Virus record (IMG/VR): IMGVR_UViG_3300032246_001520
Location: 1 to 41,024 of that record
Source: a virus
Lineage: Duplodnaviria > Caudoviricetes
Length of the DNA: 41,024 nt
Strand: one strand, 5' to 3'
Shown here: piece after piece, positions 17,840-24,983 of the stretch
Layout: each line of letters opens with the position of its first letter
Numbering within the stretch: the first letter of the stretch is position 1
The notes under the pieces: model-generated
What the model saw: the letters and a program-made list of their open reading frames with translations, nothing else
The model's database searches: none
What the model was told of the DNA's origin: nothing
Translations under genes and position numbers: made by a program

Positions 17840-18171
17840 ATTAAGCCTCTAAAAAGTTAATGTAAACCCATGAATCAAACGCACATGCTGTTTACAAATA
17901 CAAAAAAACTTCAGGGTTACAGCAAGAACCTTTCTGGGGACTATAAAGACCATTTACAGCCCCTTCGGGAACAATAAAACCTCACCCGTATAGACGGGTC
18001 AAACCAATTTCTTGGCGATGCTCTCGTTTATCTAAGCTAATCTTTCGATCTGGGTTTTACACAGGCTGTTAAGACCTCTTGCCCCATTCGCTACGTTTAT
18101 CTGTATCTGTCGCATCCACATTTACAAGGGGTGGGTTATGCCCCCGTTTCACCAGTCCGTAACAGCAAACA

Positions 18172-18266
18172 AAAAGCCCTGTTAAGGAGGCTTTAGGCTT
18201 GGTTGCCACTTACAGCAGACACCAGATTGTCTTACTGTAGCTTTGACGAAGCCGCCTTAACAGGGC
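18172..18266 (-). ncRNA. C4-like (P1 c4 / P4 CI type) antisense RNA
   Basis: Closing stem GCCCUGUUAAGG-C-GGCUU / AAGCC-U-CCUUAACAGGGC plus U tail; internal hairpins with loops AUCUGG and AACCAA; complementary boxes found upstream and downstream. Confidence 0.7.
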
Positions 18267-18321
18267 GTTCTATTCGTTATCTGGAACTACTGATGGGTTA
18301 CCAAGCCATCAGATGGTTCAC

Positions 18322-18349
18322 ATAATAAACGAATTTAAAATATTTGCAA
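18322..18349 (-). promoter_or_regulatory. Sigma70 promoter for the C4-like RNA/primase operon
   Basis: Minus strand TTGCAA-16 bp-TATTAT. Confidence 0.65.
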
Positions 18350-18556
18350 CTACTCTATATTCAATTGCTCACCATCACGAACCATTTCAACTGGTACGCC
18401 AGAGGTCAGATGTTCAATCAGGTCATCTTGTGTTGCCACTCTGACGGTGAACATGCTATTTGCAACGTGATTCAAAGCCTGCGAACGAATGCTTGCTTTG
18501 ACCAAACGCACCTTACTATCAGGTGTGCCAATTAAATAAACTCTTTGATTTGCCAC
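18350..18556 (-). CDS. Conserved small phage protein
   Basis: RVYLIG...RLVKASIRSQALNHVA...VRVATQDDL; GTG start at 18556 after CAACTGGGGA preferred over TTG at 18577. Confidence 0.7.
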   Translation of the reverse strand: MANQRVYLIGTPDSKVRLVKASIRSQALNHVANSMFTVRVATQDDLIEHLTSGVPVEMVRDGEQLNIE

Positions 18557-18735
18557 AATTTCCCCAGTTGATTCCAACGAAACAGGTTTACTATCCTCTT
18601 GCTTGCAATCAAGTGTCTAGAATTGACCGCTTTCCGCTTTGGACAAGGTAAGGCTTGTACATCGCCCTGCGAGCCTGCTCGTTGGAAGAATTATTATAAC
18701 ACGAACGTTCGCTGTCTATCGTTTAAACAGTGGTT

Positions 18736-18775
18736 CTTATTGGCACTTATTGATGCTTATTGATACGTGTTGATA
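18736..18775 (+). repeat. Four tandem 10-bp direct repeats
   Basis: CTTATTGGCA CTTATTGATG CTTATTGATA CGTGTTGATA. Confidence 0.8.
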
Positions 18776-18777
18776 TG

Positions 18778-18806
18778 TACACAAACGAACGTATGTGGAC
18801 TATAAT
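18778..18806 (+). promoter_or_regulatory. Promoter of the candidate small RNA
   Basis: Perfect TATAAT at 18801-18806; weak -35 TACACA 17 bp upstream; no plus-strand ORF before the terminator. Confidence 0.6.
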
Positions 18807-18811
18807 ATACG

Positions 18812-18890
18812 AACTCGACAGAAATAAGCCTCCAGTTGGGTAACGACTTTCAGGGTCGGTAAAGCCTCCTACACGGAGGCTTTATTTTTT
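18812..18890 (+). ncRNA. Candidate anti-Shine-Dalgarno small RNA
   Basis: Promoter, then seed AAAUAAGCCUCCAGUUGG, hairpin CGAC/GUCG, then terminator AAAGCCUCC-UACAC-GGAGGCUUU-AUUUUUU. Confidence 0.65.
18861..18890 (+). terminator. Rho-independent terminator
   Basis: 9-bp stem AAAGCCTCC/GGAGGCTTT with a T6 tail on the plus strand; overlaps the rusA stop codon. Confidence 0.8.
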
Positions 18891-19235
18891 CTGCACCATA
18901 ATTTCTGTGCGTGGGTTTTCTTTATCAAGACCCCAGTAAATATGCTTTTCTTTTACCTGTCGGTCGTTTAGGTAAGTCACGCCCTGCAACAGGTCAAGTA
19001 TCAGGCTTTCATCAAGGTCAGGTCTTCGCGATGCATAGTAAATACGCATAATTACCACCACATCTTCTGTGAACGGTTCGTATCCTAGCTGCGCGGTTTG
19101 CTGTTTAAACGCATCGGTATAAGTCAAGGCTTTTTCTGATTTGATCAGCCTAGACAAGCCGCCAAACCTAACTAATCTTCGACTATTACTCTTTGATGCA
19201 GGCTCGCCTAAAATAGTTAACGAAAGCGCTTGCAT
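18882..19235 (-). CDS. rusA: RusA-like Holliday junction resolvase
   Basis: GEPASKSN...RRPDLDES.ILDLLQG..Y.NDRQV...NPRTEI. Confidence 0.85.
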   Translation of the reverse strand: MQALSLTILGEPASKSNSRRLVRFGGLSRLIKSEKALTYTDAFKQQTAQLGYEPFTEDVVVIMRIYYASRRPDLDESLILDLLQGVTYLNDRQVKEKHIYWGLDKENPRTEIMVQKK

Positions 19236-19258
19236 TATTATTTTCCTTTTGCTATTAT
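19230..19258 (+). promoter_or_regulatory. Sigma70 promoter of the recombination operon
   Basis: TTGCAT-17 bp-TATTAT with extended -10 TGn. Confidence 0.75.
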
Positions 19259-19282
19259 TTAATTTCCTAACGGAGGCTTAAA

Positions 19283-20170
19283 ATGGAAATCACTAATATA
19301 CACGGGTTGCCCGAAACCCTCGTTGCCGCCTGTAAACTTAACAACTACAGCAAAGGCAAGTCCGACTACTCGGTGACTGAGATTATGTCACCCCCGCGCA
19401 TTCAGCGCTTGCGCCAAGCTCATTATAAAGACATGAAACAAGATGTCGTTGACATGTTGTGGTCGGTCATGGGCACTGCCATACACACCATGATGGAGCG
19501 TACCGATCTCAAAGGTCACACCAAAGAAGAGCGTATTTACTATGAGATCGACGGGGTTGTTCTGTCCGGCGCAATTGATTTGCAGACCGAAAAAGACGGC
19601 TCAGTTGAGATCACCGACTACAAGTTCACCTCTGCGTGGGCACTGCGAGCCGACAAGATAGAGTGGATACAGCAACAAAATATCTATGCTTGGCTTATTC
19701 ACAAGACTTCTGGCAAAAAGATTCATGGTTTGCGCATTTGCGCAATTATCAGGGACTGGTCTCGCCGTGAGGCAATGAACAATCCCAACTACCCACAAGG
19801 AAACGCGCAGATTGTGCATATCCCGCTTTGGGACTTTGATAAGACGGAAGCTTATGTGCGTGAGCGTTTAGAGCTTCACCGTTTAGCCAAGGTTCAGGCT
19901 GACTGGGGCGAAGAATTGCCTTTATGCACTGACGATGATCGCTGGGTGCGCGAGACCAAATATGCAGTGAAAAAGGAAGGGCGCAAGACGGCTGTGCGGG
20001 TTTTTGACACAGAAGACGAGGCGCAGGCTTTATTGGCTGAGATGCCACCCAAAGATAAAGGTTTTATTGAAATCCGCGCAGGAGAACCTGTACGGTGCAC
20101 CGGCAACTTCTGTGGGGTTGCTAAGTGGTGCTCACAATTTAAACAGGAGAATGAAAATGGTATGGACTAA
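19283..20170 (+). CDS. PD-(D/E)XK exonuclease (Cas4/RecB-like)
   Basis: GTAIH, E...LSGAID...ITDYK, QQNIY; C-terminal Cys cluster RC..FC....C.Q. Confidence 0.82.
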   Translation: MEITNIHGLPETLVAACKLNNYSKGKSDYSVTEIMSPPRIQRLRQAHYKDMKQDVVDMLWSVMGTAIHTMMERTDLKGHTKEERIYYEIDGVVLSGAIDLQTEKDGSVEITDYKFTSAWALRADKIEWIQQQNIYAWLIHKTSGKKIHGLRICAIIRDWSRREAMNNPNYPQGNAQIVHIPLWDFDKTEAYVRERLELHRLAKVQADWGEELPLCTDDDRWVRETKYAVKKEGRKTAVRVFDTEDEAQALLAEMPPKDKGFIEIRAGEPVRCTGNFCGVAKWCSQFKQENENGMD

Positions 20171-20498
20171 AGTGATTTTGCCTTTGGCGAGAAACACTGA
20201 CCCCGAAACTTCTTTTGAAGCGGCGCGGGATGCATCATTCAAAGCTTCAGCGCACCGAATGCTTGCCCTTCAGGCGTTGAGCCAAGGGGCAATGACGGAT
20301 TTTGAATTAGCTGATGTGACTAGGCTTCAGCAGAACAGTATTGGCAAGCGCCGCAAGGACTGCCAAGACGCTGGCTTAGTCACAGTATTAAAGGACTCGG
20401 ATGGCAACAACGTAAAGCGCCCCGCACCCTCTGGGAGCAAAGCTTTGGTTTGGACGCTAACTGAGAAAGGCAAGAAGTTTTTACAGGAGCAGTTATGA
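20157..20498 (+). CDS. Winged-helix DNA-binding protein
   Basis: ARNTDPETS...MTDFELA...KRRKDC..AGLV...SG..ALVW; start at ATG 20157 after AGGAG. Confidence 0.65.
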   Translation: MVWTKVILPLARNTDPETSFEAARDASFKASAHRMLALQALSQGAMTDFELADVTRLQQNSIGKRRKDCQDAGLVTVLKDSDGNNVKRPAPSGSKALVWTLTEKGKKFLQEQL

Positions 20499-21154
20499 AT
20501 ATTTATGGAAAACTACAGCTATCCCGAAGTAAGTTTTTGCAGACTGACATTAAAAAGTCTGGCAAAAATAAATTTGCAGGTTATGAGTACTTTGAATTAG
20601 GTGATTTTATCCCTGCAATTAATACAATTTTTACGGAAATTGGTTTGTGCGGGGTGGTGAGATTTACCCCTGAAGTGGCGTCATTGACAGTTTATGACGT
20701 TGAAAGTGATTCAGCTATCGAGTTTACAAGCCCGATGGTTTTTGCCAATAACCCAAAAGGTCAGGCAATTCAAGATCTAGGCAGTACACATACTTATTTG
20801 CGTCGCTACTTATGGCTGATGGCAATGGAAATTGTTGAGCATGATGCTGTGGATGCCGCCGCACCTATTGATGCACCACGCAAAGCAGAACCAAAGGAGA
20901 TGCCGCGCAAAGAAGAACCAAAGCAAGAAATAAAAGCTGATCCTAAGCCCGCAGGAGCCTCTGATGATCAAAAGCTTTTTGTAGACAAGCTGATTGAATG
21001 GGCGGCTGTTCAGACCAACCCCAAAGAATTGATCAGTGCTTGGCAAGCAAACCAGAAGCAAATTGACGAACTTAAAGTTTCAGACCCTGAGCTGTTTAAA
21101 CATCTTAAAACCTGCTTTAGCGAATTAAAAGCTAAGGTAACAACCAAGGAGTAG
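20495..21154 (+). CDS. erf: ERF-family single-strand annealing recombinase
   Basis: KSGKNKFAGYEYFELGDF...QDLGSTHTYLRRY...D.VD. Confidence 0.88.
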   Translation: MNIYGKLQLSRSKFLQTDIKKSGKNKFAGYEYFELGDFIPAINTIFTEIGLCGVVRFTPEVASLTVYDVESDSAIEFTSPMVFANNPKGQAIQDLGSTHTYLRRYLWLMAMEIVEHDAVDAAAPIDAPRKAEPKEMPRKEEPKQEIKADPKPAGASDDQKLFVDKLIEWAAVQTNPKELISAWQANQKQIDELKVSDPELFKHLKTCFSELKAKVTTKE

Positions 21155-21157
21155 TGC

Positions 21158-21445
21158 ATGGATTACGACAAACCTTATGAAGTGCCGCCAAATTCTGGCT
21201 CGCTGTTTCAAAACAAAAGCAAGGCTAAGGAAAATTCACCTGATTACAGCGGTGAGGTTCTCATCGATGTCAAAACGCTTGTTGTTGAAAATGGCGTTGC
21301 AAAGATGCGTTTGGCGGGATGGAAAAAAAACTCTAAATCTGGGTCAACGTTCCTTTCCCTTAAGATCAGCCCACCAATGCCCCAAAAGGCTTCGCGCCCC
21401 CGCGCAGATAGCTTTGAGGACATGGAAGATGACGTGCCGTTCTGA
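21158..21445 (+). CDS. Putative ssDNA-binding protein (DUF736-like)
   Basis: GSLF.N...PDYSG...AGWKK...FLSLKI; acidic C-terminal tail EDDVPF. Confidence 0.78.
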   Translation: MDYDKPYEVPPNSGSLFQNKSKAKENSPDYSGEVLIDVKTLVVENGVAKMRLAGWKKNSKSGSTFLSLKISPPMPQKASRPRADSFEDMEDDVPF

Positions 21446-21879
21446 TGGGAGCCACAATGCAAAACGATGAAGGGGTTCCCCACTTCGAAGCGATTAAAGT
21501 TGCCTTGAAGCAAGACTCATCCGGCTTTGTATTGACCTTGAGAATACACCCCGATGAAATCAACGAAGAAATTATGCGTGATTTTGTCGGGTCTCGTTAC
21601 GCAGTTGCAATGGCTAGGATCAACGACGATGAAACAGCCACGCACTACGAAAACAGGGTCAAGAAAGCAGGGATGCTTTGCCGCACACGCGAGTTCCAAG
21701 TTTGGCTTAATGAGCTGGGTCACATAGAGGGCAAGACAGAGGAAGAAGCTATCGACGCGCTATATGAGATTTGCGGGATTAGCTCAAGAACCGAACTCAA
21801 TGGGAAATCGGGTGCCAAGGAAAGATTCGACAACATGGTGAATGAATATGAACAATGGAAGAACAGTGAACCGTTCTAA
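21445..21879 (+). CDS. Conserved phage hypothetical protein
   Basis: FEAIKVALKQ...AGMLCR...CGISSRTEL; coupled to the upstream gene. Confidence 0.7.
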   Translation: MGATMQNDEGVPHFEAIKVALKQDSSGFVLTLRIHPDEINEEIMRDFVGSRYAVAMARINDDETATHYENRVKKAGMLCRTREFQVWLNELGHIEGKTEEEAIDALYEICGISSRTELNGKSGAKERFDNMVNEYEQWKNSEPF

Positions 21880-22180
21880 CAAACCAAAACTTAAAGCCGT
21901 CATGATTTACCTAGACCCTTTCGAGGCCGCAAGGCTATCTGAATATGCTGACAAGGAATGCACCTCTGCGTCAAAGATCGCACGAGAGGGAATTCAAATG
22001 CGTATGCGAGACAAGTTTGACCAGTACGTGACCGGGTTCAATGACGGTTTAAACGAGGCGCTGCGCGTTGCAGCAACCTCAAAAGGGGGGCAGATGATGT
22101 TTCCCTCGGGCAAGTCTTTTTCTCAGCTGGTTTGTGAGGATATTGAAAAGCTTAAAAAACGAAATAAGGTGGATTCATGA
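21842..22180 (+). CDS. Hypothetical protein, possible ribbon-helix-helix N-terminus
   Basis: VMIYLD...RL..YA......SKIAREGI; exact start uncertain. Confidence 0.6.
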   Translation: MNMNNGRTVNRSNKPKLKAVMIYLDPFEAARLSEYADKECTSASKIAREGIQMRMRDKFDQYVTGFNDGLNEALRVAATSKGGQMMFPSGKSFSQLVCEDIEKLKKRNKVDS

Positions 22181-22371
22181 ATGATGAAGACCTAAGAGAT
22201 TTATTTGCTGCATTTGCAATGATCTCCAAGGCATGGATTCCTCCAAATATTGAAGACCATGCAAAAAACTGCTACCTCCTAGCAGACGCAATGATTGAAG
22301 CAAAGCATCAAAAAGATTTGCCCGACGAGGGCATTGTCAGTGTAGTTAATAAGTTTAAACAAGAGGCTTAA
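22177..22371 (+). CDS. Conserved small phage protein
   Basis: LRDLFAAFAM...AKNCYLLADAMIEA. Confidence 0.72.
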   Translation: MNDEDLRDLFAAFAMISKAWIPPNIEDHAKNCYLLADAMIEAKHQKDLPDEGIVSVVNKFKQEA

Positions 22372-22373
22372 TT

Positions 22374-22739
22374 ATGGAAGCAATACAACTGAAGGCTGTC
22401 GAAAAGGCTGTTGATCTGTTAAAGGCGGCAGGCGTTAAATTCTATATTGATTTTTGTGATGGGCACGTTATTAATCACGGTGATTTAATTATTCAGCAAG
22501 AACTTCCACCAACCGGTCGCAAGGGTCTCACTGCACCTTATGGTTTTTTTGCTCAATTTTTAATTGAAGCAGGCATAGAGAATGTCAAAGTTAATGAGGT
22601 GCTTATTATTGATCCTAAAGAGCACCCTGTTCAACGAATTCGTGGCATGGCGGCTTCATACGGAAGCAAGCACTGGGGCAATGGCTCGTACATTACAACC
22701 GTTGAAAATGGAAAGGCTCAAATTTTAAGGATTAAATAA
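22374..22739 (+). CDS. Hypothetical protein
   Basis: 121 aa; GAGGCTTA RBS; WGNGSYIT...ILRI. Confidence 0.72.
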   Translation: MEAIQLKAVEKAVDLLKAAGVKFYIDFCDGHVINHGDLIIQQELPPTGRKGLTAPYGFFAQFLIEAGIENVKVNEVLIIDPKEHPVQRIRGMAASYGSKHWGNGSYITTVENGKAQILRIK

Positions 22740-22888
22740 TGGAATCTTTTTTGACCGCTAAAGACTCAACATTTAAGTACAACCCAGTTACGGATGTTCA
22801 GGCTGTCTGGAAAAAATATGGCTGGGAACCGCCGTCTTCGTACCGCAATGACTATCTGTTTAAACAAAATAGGGAGATGCTTGCGTGA
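22739..22888 (+). CDS. 49-aa hypothetical protein
   Basis: Not in track. AAGGA RBS; MESFLTAKDSTFKYNPVTDVQAVWKKYGWEPPS... Confidence 0.65.
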   Translation: MESFLTAKDSTFKYNPVTDVQAVWKKYGWEPPSSYRNDYLFKQNREMLA

Positions 22889-23022
22889 AATATCTTATTG
22901 GGCTATTTATATTTGCTACAGCTCATGCGGATTGCACAACCCAGACCGTCGTAAAAGAAGGTCGGGTTGTTATTTGCACAACATGCTGTGATTCAGGAAA
23001 TTGCACAACCATCTGTAACTAA
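22885..23022 (+). CDS. Secreted six-cysteine mini-protein
   Basis: Not in track. GGGAG RBS, GTGA overlap; MKYLIGLFIFATAHA then DCTTQTVVKEGRVVICTTCCDSGNCTTICN. Confidence 0.7.
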   Translation: MKYLIGLFIFATAHADCTTQTVVKEGRVVICTTCCDSGNCTTICN

Positions 23023-23031
23023 GGGGGCAAT

Positions 23032-23250
23032 ATGAAATATGACGCAATTGACGCTGAGATTGAAAAGCTTCATCGGCGGCTTAAAAGCATTAACAACAGA
23101 CTAAGCGAGATGGGCAATGAAAAGCGCCCAATGTCAATCGAGCCAATGTCGCCAGAATATTTTGCAGACAACAATAAGAAGTTTGACGATGAGTATGAGG
23201 TTAATTTTGGTCGCAGACCGCTTGGCACGGAGGGTCGCAATGAGAGTTGA
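23032..23250 (+). CDS. Hypothetical protein
   Basis: 72 aa; AGGGGG RBS. Confidence 0.65.
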   Translation: MKYDAIDAEIEKLHRRLKSINNRLSEMGNEKRPMSIEPMSPEYFADNNKKFDDEYEVNFGRRPLGTEGRNES

Positions 23251-23371
23251 ACTCTATTTATTTGGCACATGGTGTGCCGTAATCTTAATTTACAAGTGGT
23301 GGCTATATGGTCAAGAAAAAAAATATATCAGAGACACTGAGCAACAAAAATGGGACGCAGCCCGTCACTAA
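23240..23371 (+). CDS. Small membrane protein
   Basis: GGAGG RBS; MRVELYLFGTWCAVILIYKWWLY... Confidence 0.55.
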   Translation: MRVELYLFGTWCAVILIYKWWLYGQEKKYIRDTEQQKWDAARH

Positions 23372-23466
23372 ACCGTTTAAACCTTTTACGCTGGCAGCTG
23401 CCATACGCCGACGATCCTCTATCGAAAGCGCACCAAGCTTAATTGGTGGTGTGCGTAGGAATAATG

Positions 23467-23646
23467 ATGAACAAGAAATATTGCACAGGTTGCCAACAAA
23501 TAAAGAGCCTCGAAGGAGGTCAAAAGCTTAAGCGAGGGCGAATAATCCGCTGGATGTGCGCAGTTTGTATTGATAAGAAAAGCCCGTCGATTTATGCAAA
23601 AAAAATCCCGGAAGAATCAACGTTTAAACAGGCTGATCATGACTGA
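23467..23646 (+). CDS. Small zinc-finger protein
   Basis: KYCTGCQ...RWMCAVC; AGGA RBS. Confidence 0.6.
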   Translation: MNKKYCTGCQQIKSLEGGQKLKRGRIIRWMCAVCIDKKSPSIYAKKIPEESTFKQADHD

Positions 23647-23848
23647 AGATGAAGAGTTTGAAATCCTTGAAGCAAGAATTGCCGCACAGGAACGAGCAAA
23701 GATTGTCGAAGAGTATATGCACCGTGCTGTATTAGAAGCGCAACGGTTTGTTGAAAATAATCAAGCTGATCTTGGGATATTCACTTTACGCAAAGCGTTT
23801 GAGGTTGGGTACCGCTTAGGCTGGGCACATGCAAAGGAAGAGCGATGA
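23639..23848 (+). CDS. Hypothetical protein
   Basis: Start MTEDEEF; overlaps both neighbours. Confidence 0.6.
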   Translation: MTEDEEFEILEARIAAQERAKIVEEYMHRAVLEAQRFVENNQADLGIFTLRKAFEVGYRLGWAHAKEER

Positions 23849-24045
23849 ACAACACACAACGAATATTACGCGCATTGGAATGCGGGTTTTTTATGACGCA
23901 TCAAGAGCAAGAAGAAGCCGCTGATTTAATCCGCACATTAATGTATGAAAACGACAGGATGAAGGCAAGAATCATTGAGGCACTAAAACACTTGCAACTT
24001 GGCACAGAACTTGACGTAAACCAAGCGATAAAGGATTTGAAATGA
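23845..24045 (+). CDS. Hypothetical protein
   Basis: EAADLIRTL motif; ATGA overlaps. Confidence 0.6.
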   Translation: MNNTQRILRALECGFFMTHQEQEEAADLIRTLMYENDRMKARIIEALKHLQLGTELDVNQAIKDLK

Positions 24046-24242
24046 GCAATTTTGGGAATGCGCCTATTAAAAACGGGGGTATGCAGGTTAGTTACGGGCA
24101 CCCAGAAGGGTATGTGTATATAAAACCACAGATTAGTACGATATACATTGAGCGCCGTGTACCAGTCGAGCTTGAAGATGATGTGCATAAGTTGATTGAC
24201 GATTGGTTGAAATCAAAAGGCTTTGACCCGAGGATTATATGA
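24042..24242 (+). CDS. Hypothetical protein
   Basis: 66 aa; AAGGA RBS; ATGA overlaps. Confidence 0.6.
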   Translation: MSNFGNAPIKNGGMQVSYGHPEGYVYIKPQISTIYIERRVPVELEDDVHKLIDDWLKSKGFDPRII

Positions 24243-24463
24243 ACGAACGAACTAAAGAGTTGGCTGAACAAGCGGGCGTGATTAGCGGCTTTAAAGACCT
24301 ACACCCTAACATAATTAAATTTGCAGAGTTAGTCCGGCAAGATGAACGTGAAGCTAATGCAAAGTTTCTCGATGACTTTGCCAAGACCCAAATGGTTCCT
24401 GTGAAAGATACATGGCGCATGGGTGTGATGGCAGCGGCTAATGCCGTGAGGGATAAAAAATGA
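24239..24463 (+). CDS. Modular small protein (MNERxKELAEQAG type), copy 1
   Basis: MNERTKELAEQAG...KFAELVRQDEREA. Confidence 0.7.
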   Translation: MNERTKELAEQAGVISGFKDLHPNIIKFAELVRQDEREANAKFLDDFAKTQMVPVKDTWRMGVMAAANAVRDKK

Positions 24464-24771
24464 ACGAGCGAATTAAAGAACTTGCTGAACAAGCGGGGTT
24501 TCATATTGCTAAAGCATTTAACGGTATTGGATGGTTATGGTGTAGTGATGAGTATCCAATTGACGAGGAACTTGAACGCTTTGCCGAGCTAGTGCGGCAG
24601 GACGAAGCAAAAGCCTGCGCCGAGCACTACCTTGGCATTATGCGTGATGCGGTTGAGCAGGCCGTGCTGAAAGAACGTGAGGCTTGTGCGAAGGTGTGTG
24701 ATGACTGGCTTGTTGGGCGTGATGACATTTGCGAGGTAGCTAAAGCAATCAGAGCAAGGGGTAAAGAATGA
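24460..24771 (+). CDS. Modular small protein (MNERxKELAEQAG type), copy 2
   Basis: MNERIKELAEQAG...RFAELVRQDE...EREACAKVC...AIRARG. Confidence 0.7.
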   Translation: MNERIKELAEQAGFHIAKAFNGIGWLWCSDEYPIDEELERFAELVRQDEAKACAEHYLGIMRDAVEQAVLKEREACAKVCDDWLVGRDDICEVAKAIRARGKE

Positions 24772-24983
24772 AAATTAACCAACCTATATTTGATTTACCT
24801 ATCTGCGATGTCTGCAATAAACCTGTTGAGTACATGGATGCTCGCAATGATATAAATTTTGATGCTCGCATATTCAGGGTGAGGTGCCATGGTGAAACGC
24901 AAGAAGTTGCGCTTAGTGCCTTGACAATGCTTGATTGTGAAATAACCCCAGCACGAGCTTTTGTTAAAGAGAGATTGTTATGA
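24768..24983 (+). CDS. Small Cys/His protein
   Basis: PICDVCNKPV...RCHG. Confidence 0.62.
   Translation: MKINQPIFDLPICDVCNKPVEYMDARNDINFDARIFRVRCHGETQEVALSALTMLDCEITPARAFVKERLL

Noticed and set aside
22794-22991. 65-aa ORF from the track
   Set aside because: Shadow of two better-supported, RBS-bearing overlapping genes (22739-22888 and 22885-23022).
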